From positions 3,878 through 67,877 of the forward strand of contig JAFRFY010000111.1 of assembly GCA_017434085.1 (NCBI GenBank): a DNA stretch of 64,000 bases, in the 5' to 3' direction. The stretch comes from Clostridia bacterium. GTDB lineage: Bacteria; Bacillota; Clostridia; Christensenellales; Aristaeellaceae. Position numbers and translations under genes: made by a program. Below the pieces are notes generated by a model that had not been told where the DNA came from, searched no databases, and saw nothing but the letters and a program-made list of their open reading frames with translations. Each line of letters starts with the position of its first letter. The stretch's first letter is position 1. Shown in pieces: positions 17,234 to 26,227 of the stretch.

Positions 17234-18532
17234 TTATTCCGCCGATATGGTGGCCACGTCGGTGCCCATGATGTTTTGGATCTCGGACCACACGCCGCGC
17301 ATGCGGGTGACGTCGGTGTAGGCCATGTTTTCGGGCTGGTCCTCGCGCCACTGGCCCACCGCCAGGGTATGGTAGGCGTAATTGTCGCCCTCGCCCTGCG
17401 CGCGCCAGACGTAGGTCGGGATGTAGGTCGGCGCGGTGATGGTGTACTTGCCGGTGGCGGGGCCGGTCTCCTGGATGGTGAAATCGAATATGATGCCGGA
17501 GTCGAAGTACTGGTCGCGCTGGTCGGACAGGAAGTTGCCGGCGGAGCACAGTATCAGCGTGCGGTGCACGTTGCCCTCGGCGTCCTTCGGGCCGTCCACC
17601 CACGCGGCGGGCTGCACGCAGTGGGGGCCGTAGCCGATGATCACGTCCACGCCTGCCTTGACCAGCACCTTCATGATGGTCTTCTGGTTGGCGGTGATGT
17701 CGCGCTTGAGCATCTTGCCCCAGCTGACGTAGCACACGATCACGTCCGCGCCCGCCTCACGGGCCGCCTTGACGTCCGCGCTGGCGTTGGACTTGGTGAC
17801 CAGGTTCACGGCGTTCAAAAGGCTCTTGGACGCCTCCTTCTCCTTGCCGCCCAAATCCTCGGTGTAGGCCAGGAAGGCCACCTTGATGCCGTTGATATCC
17901 TCGATGACAGGGGTTTTCTTTTCCTCGGCGGAGGCCGCCGCGCCGATGTAGGCCATGTCGGCGTCCTTGAGGTTCTGCAGGGTGGCCTTGAGCTCCTCCG
18001 CGCCGCCGTCCAGGGCGTGGTCGTTGGCGAGCGTCAGCATGTCCACGCCGCAGTCCTTGAGCGTGTCGATCAGCGAGGGCGGGGTGATCATCTCGGAGAG
18101 GTTGCCCTTGACCCCGGCGACGCCGCCCAGCGTGCCCTCCACGTCGGCCACGGTGTAGTCCGCGTTGCCCATGATTTCGCTGACGTAGCTGAACATCTCG
18201 CTGAAGTCGAAGTCGTTGCCGTTGGCCACGGATTTGAGCAGGTTGAGCTGCATGGCGATCTCGCCCAGAGACCGTATCCTGGCGCTCTTCGGCTCAGGCT
18301 CCGGCGTGGGGGAGGGGGACGGCGACGGCGACGGCGTGGGCGTCACGCTGGCCGGATCAATGGTGGGCGTGGGCGTTTCCTTCACGAAGGGGCTGTCCAT
18401 ACCGCCGAAGGGGTTGAACACCACCATCACCACCACGCCAATTATAATAAGTAAGAGTATCGCCAATGTAATCAGGCCCAGCGGCGTGATGCGGTATTTG
18501 CCGATCCGCAAGCCCTTTACCGGTTTTGACAT
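17234..18532 (-). CDS. CapA/PGA_cap family metallophosphatase-like protein, membrane anchored
   Basis: The ORF reaches 18697, but ATG 18532 (MSKPVKG) has a GGAGG RBS. It has an N-terminal TM helix, a PTP-rich linker, and CapA-type motifs (GNADYTVADVEG, LANDHALDGG, VSWG). Confidence 0.8.
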   Translation of the reverse strand: MSKPVKGLRIGKYRITPLGLITLAILLLIIIGVVVMVVFNPFGGMDSPFVKETPTPTIDPASVTPTPSPSPSPSPTPEPEPKSARIRSLGEIAMQLNLLKSVANGNDFDFSEMFSYVSEIMGNADYTVADVEGTLGGVAGVKGNLSEMITPPSLIDTLKDCGVDMLTLANDHALDGGAEELKATLQNLKDADMAYIGAAASAEEKKTPVIEDINGIKVAFLAYTEDLGGKEKEASKSLLNAVNLVTKSNASADVKAAREAGADVIVCYVSWGKMLKRDITANQKTIMKVLVKAGVDVIIGYGPHCVQPAAWVDGPKDAEGNVHRTLILCSAGNFLSDQRDQYFDSGIIFDFTIQETGPATGKYTITAPTYIPTYVWRAQGEGDNYAYHTLAVGQWREDQPENMAYTDVTRMRGVWSEIQNIMGTDVATISAE

Positions 18533-18715
18533 AACACTACCTCCAATAATGCCGTAATGATTCCGCAAAATTATGGATATATTATAACACAATCGAAATT
18601 CGCAGGCAATGGAAGAATGTGATCTTTCGGCATATTTTTTGCGAAAATATTTCGATGTGTGACGAAACTGTTGCATTAAATTATGACAAAATTTCACTTT
18701 TTGTGCTCTAACCGA

Positions 18716-18744
18716 TTGACATTGCCCAATAGATGTTGTATGCT
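18716..18744 (+). promoter_or_regulatory. Sigma-70-type promoter of the 1124-aa repeat protein gene
   Basis: TTGACA (18716-21), 17-nt spacer, TATGCT (18739-44). It sits in an AT-rich divergent intergenic region and is followed by the direct repeat CTTGTAATGGCA x2 (18743-54, 18768-80). Confidence 0.45.
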
Positions 18745-18846
18745 TGTAATGGCATCAAGTATCATAGCTTTGTAATGGCAGCCGCCGCTGCCCGTGAAGC
18801 CGTCCGGCGCGCCTGCGCGGACGCGGAAATATAAGGTGGTAAAAAT

Positions 18847-21800
18847 ATGGCAACACATGCGATTGGAAAATTGAAATTCAATCTGTCGAAGCAGGGTCTG
18901 GCCTACCGCTGGGGCGAGGGCGAGATCCATCGGCTGTTTGCCGGAAGGCCCAAGGCGGGCGACGCGGATAATAATGAGGAGAATTACACCGGCTACGAGG
19001 GCGAGGACTACGACGCCGACTACGCCGATGACAACTACGCCGACCCCGGCTACGACGACAACTACGCCGACGACGGCGGGGACGACGGCTATGCCGACGA
19101 CCCCGGCTTTGACGACGGCTACGACGACGGCTACGACGACGGCAGGGACGACGGCTATGCCGACGATCCCGGCTACGACGACGGCTATGACGACGACGCG
19201 AACGCCGGCGACAGGTATGACGACGGCTACGACGACGGCTACGACGACGAGGCCTACGACGAGGGCGACGGCTACGACGATTCCGGCGAGTACGACGACC
19301 GCTATTCCGACGCGGACGCCGGCGACGGCTACGGCGAGGAGGGCTACTACGCCAGCGAGAGCCCGCTGATGCGGTATGTGGACGAGAACGACTGGGTCAC
19401 CTTCCTGCTGCTGTTCCTGTTCCCGCCGCTGGGCATCTACCTGCTGTGGCGCAGGAACCGTTTCGACAAGCCCATACGCTACGCCATCAGCGCGGTGTCG
19501 GCCATATGGTTCATCGTGGCGCTGATACTGCTGTTCCACAACCTGTTCGGCGGGGCCAGCGACAATCCCACCGACGCCACCATCACCCTCGCGCCCTCCG
19601 CCACGGTTTCGGCGCTGAACCTGGACGGCTCCACCGGGTCCGATCTGGACCTGACGGTGGACAACCTGGGGGATACCTCCGGGGACGAGACCGGCGATGA
19701 GACCGGCGACGAGGCGGACGACGCCGACGAAGGCGGCAGCGAGACCGCCGTGGCGCCCTCGCCCACGCCGCTGACCGGCTCCAGCGCCACCGGCGCGGCC
19801 ACCAGCTCGGCCTACGTGTACAGCCCGGCCACCGGATTGTACTATCACAGCAAGAGCGACTGTACCAACATCGACAAGGGCGTGTCGGTCTCCCGCGTGC
19901 CCAAGGACGTCGCGGAGAACAACCGCAAGCAGTCCGCCTGCCCGGTGTGTATCGGCGCGGCGGAGGACGGCGACACCACCACCTACTACGCCACCCGCGG
20001 CGGCACCTACTACCACGTGGACCGCACCTGCCAGGGCATGACCGACGCCACCGTCTACACCAAGGAGGCGGCCGAGCGCGCGGGCAAGACGCCCTGCCCG
20101 GTCTGCATACTCAAGACCGCCCAGAGCCTGAAATCCGGCTCGGTGAAGTTCATCACCTCCTCCACGAAGGACCGGAGCAACATCAACGTCTACTACACCA
20201 AGAAGGGCAAGTACTACCACATGACCGCCACCTGCTCCGGCATGACCGGCGCGTCCCGCAACTCGTTGAAGAACGCGCTGCTGGCCGGCAAGGAGGCCTG
20301 CCCCACCTGCTGCAAGGCGGCGGGCAGCGATGTGTACTGCACCAAGAACGGCGAGAAGTACCATCTGGACAAGGCCTGCTCCGGCATGACCAACGCCATG
20401 GAGGTCACGCTGGCCGAGGCCATGGTCATGGGCAAGAAGCGCTGCGACGTGTGTATCAAGAGCGGCGCGCTGCCCACCGCCAGCCAGCTGGCCAAGCAGT
20501 CCGAGGAGAATTCGCTGGACACCTACGTGTACGGCACGCCCAAGGGCCAGTATTATCACACGGATCAATACTGCTCCGGCATGAAGGACGCCCAGCGCTA
20601 CACGCTCAAGTCCATGCTGCTGCAGAAGCGCGCCCCCTGCCCGGTGTGCGCCTCGGCGTCCAACACCGTGGTCTACGCCAAGGAGGGCGGCACCTACTAC
20701 CACAGCTACGCCACCTGCTCCGGCATGAGCAACGCCTCCAGTGGCACCATGGCCCAGGCCATCGCCGCGGGCTACAAGCGCTGCCCGCGCTGCTGGAGCG
20801 AGACCGGCACCACCGGCACGCTGTCCACGGGCGTGGCGTCCACCACCTCCGCGGCGGCCACCGCCACGGCGGGCAACACCTACGTGTACGCCACCCAGGC
20901 GGGCTCCTACTACCACCTGACCAGCAACTGCTCCGGCATGAAGAACGCCAGCCGCATCACATTGAAGCAGGCCATCGATGCCGGGAAGAAGGCGTGCCCC
21001 ACCTGCGCGGGGGCGGCGAACCGAAAGGTGTATTCCACCAAGGAGGGCAAGAACTACCACTCCGCCCCGGCCTGCAAGGAATCCGGCATGAAGAACGGCG
21101 AGGCGCGCACGCTGGCACAGGCGCTGATGCTGAACCAGACCGCGTGCAAGTACTGCATCGGCAAAAAGAGCAGCGCGTCGTCGTCGAAGAGCTCGGCGAA
21201 GAAGGCCAGCAGCAAGACCGTGGAATCCATCAAGAACGCGGCTAAGAAGCTCAAGAACAGCCACACCTACAAGAGCGGCAAATCGGGCATCAAGGTCTAC
21301 GCCCGGGCCGACGGCAAGTACTACCACCGCAGGAAGAACTGCTCCGGCATGACCCACGCCAGCCGCATCACGCTTGAACAGGCGATGAACTACGGCAAGC
21401 GCGCCTGCCCGGTGTGCTGCTCGACGGCGCGGCGCACGGTGTACGCCACGCGGGGCGGCAGGTATTACCACTACAGCAAGACCCATGCGGGCTCCGGCGC
21501 GAAGAGGGGCTCGCTGGCCTCCGCGCTGGGCTACGGCTACGATCCCTGCCCGTACTGCGTCACCAAGACCAAGCGCCTCTCCCGCGTGGCCAGCTACAAG
21601 TCCGGCACCAGCGGCATCAAGGTCTACACCACCGCGGGCGGCAAGTATTACCACTCCAAGCGGGGCTGCTCGGATATGAAGAATCCCTCCCGGGTGACGC
21701 TGGAGACCGCCATGAACTACGGCAAGAAGCCCTGCCCGAAGTGCATGGCCACCGCCAGCAAGAAGGTGTACGCCTCCTCCGGCGACCGGTACTACCACTA

Positions 21801-22221
21801 CTACAAGATGCACGCCGGCGCGGGGGCCCAGGCGGGCACGCTGGCCCAGGCCAGGGCGTTGGGCAAGAAGCTCTGCCCCACCTGCGCCAAGGGCAAGACC
21901 GTGGGCATCACGCTGAGCGACAAGCAGGCCAAGAACGTCAGCAAGGCCGTGGCCGCCGCCCAGAAGCTGGGCACCGGCATCTCCGCCAAGAGCGCCATCG
22001 CCTACAGCAAGGCCCTGGCCTCGCAGACCAAGTACTCCGCCCCCGGCACCACCAAGGTGTACGTCGATTTGCAGGGCAAGCAGTATTACTACTACCACAA
22101 GTCCTCCAAGTGCTCCAAGACGGGCATGAAGAAGGGCACCAAGATCACCCTGCAATACGCCAGGGACTGGGGCTATAAGGCCTGCCCGTTCTGCCAGCCG
22201 CCGACGAGCGTGGCGAAATAG
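18847..22221 (+). CDS. Large membrane protein: poly-acidic Asp/Gly/Tyr N-terminal region, 2 TM helices, 13 tandem YYH-x4-C-x(19-23)-C-P-x-C modules (Ada-like / Zn-ribbon-like)
   Basis: 1124 aa. AAGGTGG RBS. N-terminal aa ~35-170 consist of DDGYDD-type repeats. TM helices: WVTFLLLFLFPPLGIYLLW and AISAVSAIWFIVALILLF. From aa ~325 there are 13 modules such as GGTYYHVDRTCQGMTDATVYTKEAAERAGKTPCPVC. A strong terminator lies at 22237-22266. Confidence 0.85.
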   Translation: MATHAIGKLKFNLSKQGLAYRWGEGEIHRLFAGRPKAGDADNNEENYTGYEGEDYDADYADDNYADPGYDDNYADDGGDDGYADDPGFDDGYDDGYDDGRDDGYADDPGYDDGYDDDANAGDRYDDGYDDGYDDEAYDEGDGYDDSGEYDDRYSDADAGDGYGEEGYYASESPLMRYVDENDWVTFLLLFLFPPLGIYLLWRRNRFDKPIRYAISAVSAIWFIVALILLFHNLFGGASDNPTDATITLAPSATVSALNLDGSTGSDLDLTVDNLGDTSGDETGDETGDEADDADEGGSETAVAPSPTPLTGSSATGAATSSAYVYSPATGLYYHSKSDCTNIDKGVSVSRVPKDVAENNRKQSACPVCIGAAEDGDTTTYYATRGGTYYHVDRTCQGMTDATVYTKEAAERAGKTPCPVCILKTAQSLKSGSVKFITSSTKDRSNINVYYTKKGKYYHMTATCSGMTGASRNSLKNALLAGKEACPTCCKAAGSDVYCTKNGEKYHLDKACSGMTNAMEVTLAEAMVMGKKRCDVCIKSGALPTASQLAKQSEENSLDTYVYGTPKGQYYHTDQYCSGMKDAQRYTLKSMLLQKRAPCPVCASASNTVVYAKEGGTYYHSYATCSGMSNASSGTMAQAIAAGYKRCPRCWSETGTTGTLSTGVASTTSAAATATAGNTYVYATQAGSYYHLTSNCSGMKNASRITLKQAIDAGKKACPTCAGAANRKVYSTKEGKNYHSAPACKESGMKNGEARTLAQALMLNQTACKYCIGKKSSASSSKSSAKKASSKTVESIKNAAKKLKNSHTYKSGKSGIKVYARADGKYYHRRKNCSGMTHASRITLEQAMNYGKRACPVCCSTARRTVYATRGGRYYHYSKTHAGSGAKRGSLASALGYGYDPCPYCVTKTKRLSRVASYKSGTSGIKVYTTAGGKYYHSKRGCSDMKNPSRVTLETAMNYGKKPCPKCMATASKKVYASSGDRYYHYYKMHAGAGAQAGTLAQARALGKKLCPTCAKGKTVGITLSDKQAKNVSKAVAAAQKLGTGISAKSAIAYSKALASQTKYSAPGTTKVYVDLQGKQYYYYHKSSKCSKTGMKKGTKITLQYARDWGYKACPFCQPPTSVAK

Positions 22222-22236
22222 GGCGAAAGAAGAACG

Positions 22237-22266
22237 ACAGGGACCGCGAAAAATCGCGGTCCCTGT
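22237..22266. terminator. Bidirectional terminator between the repeat protein gene and cobO
   Basis: ACAGGGACCGCG-AAAAAT-CGCGGTCCCTGT is a perfect 12-bp stem followed by TGTTGT. Confidence 0.65.
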
Positions 22267-22287
22267 TGTTGTGACAAACCGATTTGA

Positions 22288-22812
<525 letters not shown>

Positions 22813-22814
22813 GT

Positions 22815-23384
22815 TCAAACCTCCTGAAAGCGCGCGGGCCGTCCGTCGGCCACGTCGATTTTGTACCCTCCGCAGGGCCCGGGCTGCCACTGGTAGAAGT
22901 TGCGCGCCTCCCCCGGGAACCACGCCTGCATCAGGTTGACGATCACCCCGCCGTGGCACACCGCGCAGGCGGTTTTTTCCGTAAGTGCGATGAGCCGCGC
23001 GCCGTCATTAAGCACCCGCGCTTTGAAGGTGCTCAGGTTCTCCCCGCCGGGGCAGCGTACCGTCCCCGTCCGATCCCCGATCCAGTTCATATAGGCGGGA
23101 TCGTCCTTCAACTGTTCATAGGAGCGCATCTCGAACGCGCCGAAGTCCATCTCACGAAGCCCGGGCAGCGCGAAATCGGCATCCCGGCCCGTCATCAGGC
23201 GGAGGGTCTCGTCGGCGCGGCGCATGCCGCTGGAGACGTACACGTCGCAGGGGGGGACGGCGCCCCGCCGTTTAAGCGCGATCTCCTGGCCCTCGGCGGT
23301 GAGGGGGCTGTCGGTGCTGCCGCCGTAGAGCCTCAGGGCGTTGGCCTCGGTCAGGCTGTGCCGGATCAGATAGAGCGTATTCAT
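22815..23384 (-). CDS. cobC: Histidine phosphatase family protein (alpha-ribazole phosphatase type)
   Basis: True start is ATG 23384 (MNTLYLIRHSLTEAN), in an ATGA overlap with the upstream gene. RH catalytic motif, a second His in CHGGVI, and cob gene context. Confidence 0.8.
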   Translation of the reverse strand: MNTLYLIRHSLTEANALRLYGGSTDSPLTAEGQEIALKRRGAVPPCDVYVSSGMRRADETLRLMTGRDADFALPGLREMDFGAFEMRSYEQLKDDPAYMNWIGDRTGTVRCPGGENLSTFKARVLNDGARLIALTEKTACAVCHGGVIVNLMQAWFPGEARNFYQWQPGPCGGYKIDVADGRPARFQEV

Positions 23385-23746
23385 TTGAGCCTCTGGGGGA
23401 TGCCGCAGAACAGCCGCCAGACCTCGTCCGACTGGGACGCCAGATAGCTGTTCATGCGCCCGCAGGCCTCCCGCCAGGCGCGCAGCACCGGGTCCATGGG
23501 CACGACGCCGCCGGAGATGTCCGTGGTGATGACCACGCTGTCCCGAAGCGCGTCGATGTGTGCCCGGAAGAGGTCCGCGGGCTCTTTCCCCGCCCGGACT
23601 TCCTCCAGCGCCCAGCGCTCCACGTAGGCCAGGCATTTTTTGTCAAAATCCACCCCGCCCAGGCAGATGTCCGCGTCCGTAAACCCGAACCGCGCCTTCG
23701 CGTAGCTCAACTTGCCCTGATAACTCCCGCCGGTGATCAGTATCAT
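23381..23746 (-). CDS. Truncated CobU-like protein (degenerate P-loop, middle region missing)
   Basis: 121 aa. N-terminus MILITGGSYQGKL versus CobU MILVTGGARSGKS. C-terminus VVITTDISGGVVPMD...DEVWRLFCGIPQRLK matches the CobU C-terminus. The segment that carries the guanylyl-His in CobU is absent. Confidence 0.65.
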   Translation of the reverse strand: MILITGGSYQGKLSYAKARFGFTDADICLGGVDFDKKCLAYVERWALEEVRAGKEPADLFRAHIDALRDSVVITTDISGGVVPMDPVLRAWREACGRMNSYLASQSDEVWRLFCGIPQRLK

Positions 23747-23761
23747 GGAAACCTCCTGAAT

Positions 23762-24049
23762 CTACCCGTTCTTCCTCGCAAATTCAATCAACATCCCCAT
23801 CCGCTCGGCCACCTCCCGCGCGATTGGTATGCGGGCGTAGTCGGCGCGGAGGGCGTCGAGCTCGTCGAGGGCGTCCGTGAACTCCTCCGCGGAGTCGTCG
23901 GCCTTCGGGTCGATCTGGGACAGCATGAAAAGCGCGTCCTCGAGCTCGGCGTTGAGCTCCTCCATGTCCTCGCCGTCGGCGATATCATCCAGCACCGCCA
24001 AAATCTCCCTGAACCGCGCCTCGTATTCCGCGATGGGCAGCATGGGCAT
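23762..24049 (-). CDS. Small acidic helical protein, unknown function
   Basis: 95 aa. GGGAGTGG RBS. Highly acidic (DDIADGEDMEELNAELEDAL). Lies 15 nt upstream of the CobU-like gene. Confidence 0.5.
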   Translation of the reverse strand: MPMLPIAEYEARFREILAVLDDIADGEDMEELNAELEDALFMLSQIDPKADDSAEEFTDALDELDALRADYARIPIAREVAERMGMLIEFARKNG

Positions 24050-24173
24050 CCACTCCCTTCGTACAGAACCAGTATAGCCCCATTCGCCCCGGCTTTCAAG
24101 GAAAATTTTCGTTTTCGGCAGGGAAAAGCGCCTCTTTTATAGAATATCACAACGTTACGGAGGTTTGAAATAT

Positions 24174-24449
24174 ATGAACAGAAGTTTCATCCGCACGGCG
24201 CTGAGCCTGCTGATCGTCGCGCTGTACGTGGCGGGGCTCGTGGCGATGTTCATGGGCAACGCCCGGCTGGGCATCGACCTGTGGGTGGTCTCCACCCTGG
24301 GCGGCATCGGGCTTTTATACTGGATACACGTGATGAAGAAGCGGGCGGAGGACGCCGACAAAATCGCCAAGGGCATGCCCTACGGCGACCCGGACGACCC
24401 CGCCGCGCCGGTGAATCCCGTGGTCCCCGGGGAGAACGACGACCGATGA
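24174..24449 (+). CDS. Small two-TM membrane protein, unknown function
   Basis: ATG 24174 (MNRSFIRTAL) lies 10 nt after ACGGAGG; the track ORF starts at TTG 24165. Its stop overlaps the trmB start (ATGA at 24446-49). Confidence 0.55.
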   Translation: MNRSFIRTALSLLIVALYVAGLVAMFMGNARLGIDLWVVSTLGGIGLLYWIHVMKKRAEDADKIAKGMPYGDPDDPAAPVNPVVPGENDDR

Positions 24450-26194
24450 GGATGCGCAGAAAGCCCTGGACGGAGATCGAGCTGGCGGCCTGCCCCTTCA
24501 TGATTGACCAGCCCTCCACCCACATCGGCCGGTGGCGGGAATTCTTCAAAAAGGACCAGCCCGTGCACCTGGAGATCGGCTGCGGCAAGGGCGTCGCCAC
24601 GGCGCAGATGGCCCGGGCACATCCGGAGATCAACTACATCGCCATCGACGAGGTGCGGCACGTGCTGGCGGTGTCGGTGCGCAACGTCCACGCCGCCTAC
24701 GGCGACATGCCGGTGGAGAACATCGTGTTTTCCGCCGTGGACGCCATGATGATCCACGATACCTTCAACGCCGAAGACGGCATCGGGCGCATCTACATCA
24801 GCTTCCCCAACCCCTGGGACGAGCGGGCCAAGCACCACAAGCGTCGGCTGACCCACCCGCGGCAGCTCAACCAGTACCGGGCGTTCATGAAGCCCGGCGG
24901 CGAGATCTGGTTCAAGACCGACGACGACGCGCTCTTCACGGCCACGAAGCGCTACTTCCGGGAGGCGGGGTTCGAGGTCACCTACATGACCGACGACCTG
25001 CACGCCTCGGGCTTTGAGCCGAACTATTTAAGCGAGCACGAAATGCTCTACATGCGCGAGGGCAAGAAGATACACTTTATGATTGCGAAAATGAACGACG
25101 GAGGGATGAAGGACATGGGCAATTTCTTTGAAAAAAACGCCGGGGCGCTTGAAAGCTTCACCCGGGTCTCCACCGAGGTGGGCCTGCGGGCGGACTACGT
25201 GCAGGGCGGCGGCGGCAACACCTCAGCCAAGCTCGCGGACGGGCTGATGGCCATCAAGGCGTCGGGCTACTGCCTGAAGGACATCCGTCCCGACAGGGCC
25301 TACGCCGTGCTGGACTACGAGGCGCTGCGCAAATTCTACTACGGCACCGATCCCGCCGGCCTCGAGGACGTGGAGAAGGCCGGCAGTGACCAGGCGAAGG
25401 CCAACACCCGCGTGATCGAGGGGCTGCCGTCGCTGCGGCCGTCCGTCGAGGCGGGCTTTCACTCCATACTGGATACCTACGTGGCCCACAGCCACAGCGT
25501 GTACGCCAACCTGTGCACCTGCTCGAAGGAGCTGCCCGGGATCGCTCAAAAGGCGCTGGAGGGCGCGGACTACACCTGGGGCTGGGTACCCTATGTCGAT
25601 CCCGGCGCGCGGCTGACCTTCTCCATACGCGACGAATTGAAGCGCGTGGAGGCCGAGACGGGCCGACGTCCCGCCGCGATATTCATGCAGAACCACGGGC
25701 TGATCGCCCATGCCGACGACCCCGACGCCTGCGTGCGCATCCACACCGACGTCAACGACCGCATCGCCCGGGCCTTCGGGCTTCAAAACGGCTGCTTCCC
25801 GAAGGTGTCCGTCAAGGACCTGGGCGGCGGGCTGTGCGCGGCGGAGTGCCCCTACCTGAGCGAGGCGTTGAAGTCCGGCGCGTTCACCGAAAAGTTCCTG
25901 CTGGAGTCCCCGCTCTACCCCGACCAGCTGGTGTTTTTGACCGGCAGCTTCGCCTTCGGGGCGGGCGCGCCCGCGGAGGGCATGGCGCTTTATGACCCGG
26001 ACACCGGCGCGGTGACCTTCAACATGCCCGCGGCCAAGGCGCAGGTGATCGCCGAGACGCTGTGCGCCATCGTGTTCATCGTCAAAAACATCGAAGCGAA
26101 CGGCTATACGCTGTCCACGCTGGGCGAGAAGGCCAAGCAGTTCATCGCCAACTGGGAGAGCGAGAAGTACCGCAAGTCGCTGGCGGGGAAGTGA
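24446..26194 (+). CDS. trmB: tRNA (guanine-N7)-methyltransferase fused in frame to a class II aldolase/adducin-like domain
   Basis: Starts at ATG 24446 (MRMRRKPW). TrmB motifs: HLEIGCGKG and FPNPWDERAKHHKRRL. There is no stop before the second module (GGGGNTSAKL...IKASGYCLKDI, about 360 aa). An internal GGAGGG (25100-05) plus in-frame ATG 25115 looks like a relic or alternative start for module 2. Confidence 0.75.
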   Translation: MRMRRKPWTEIELAACPFMIDQPSTHIGRWREFFKKDQPVHLEIGCGKGVATAQMARAHPEINYIAIDEVRHVLAVSVRNVHAAYGDMPVENIVFSAVDAMMIHDTFNAEDGIGRIYISFPNPWDERAKHHKRRLTHPRQLNQYRAFMKPGGEIWFKTDDDALFTATKRYFREAGFEVTYMTDDLHASGFEPNYLSEHEMLYMREGKKIHFMIAKMNDGGMKDMGNFFEKNAGALESFTRVSTEVGLRADYVQGGGGNTSAKLADGLMAIKASGYCLKDIRPDRAYAVLDYEALRKFYYGTDPAGLEDVEKAGSDQAKANTRVIEGLPSLRPSVEAGFHSILDTYVAHSHSVYANLCTCSKELPGIAQKALEGADYTWGWVPYVDPGARLTFSIRDELKRVEAETGRRPAAIFMQNHGLIAHADDPDACVRIHTDVNDRIARAFGLQNGCFPKVSVKDLGGGLCAAECPYLSEALKSGAFTEKFLLESPLYPDQLVFLTGSFAFGAGAPAEGMALYDPDTGAVTFNMPAAKAQVIAETLCAIVFIVKNIEANGYTLSTLGEKAKQFIANWESEKYRKSLAGK

Positions 26195-26227
26195 TATCCC
26201 GCGCCGGAAAATACCAAGGAGACGCCT

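Noticed and set aside
18694-22155. 1153-aa ORF antisense to the repeat-protein gene
   Set aside because: It is Gly/Ala/Val/Arg/His-rich with no recognisable motif and no RBS, and it exactly shadows a plus-strand gene that has an RBS, promoter, terminator and clear repeat structure. This is a typical stop-poor antisense frame in GC-rich DNA.
24281-24445. N-terminal 55-aa extension of the trmB ORF (start at 24281)
   Set aside because: The extension overlaps the 3' half of the 24174-24449 membrane protein gene in another frame and is Arg/Gly-rich. ATG 24446 in an ATGA overlap is the natural coupled start.
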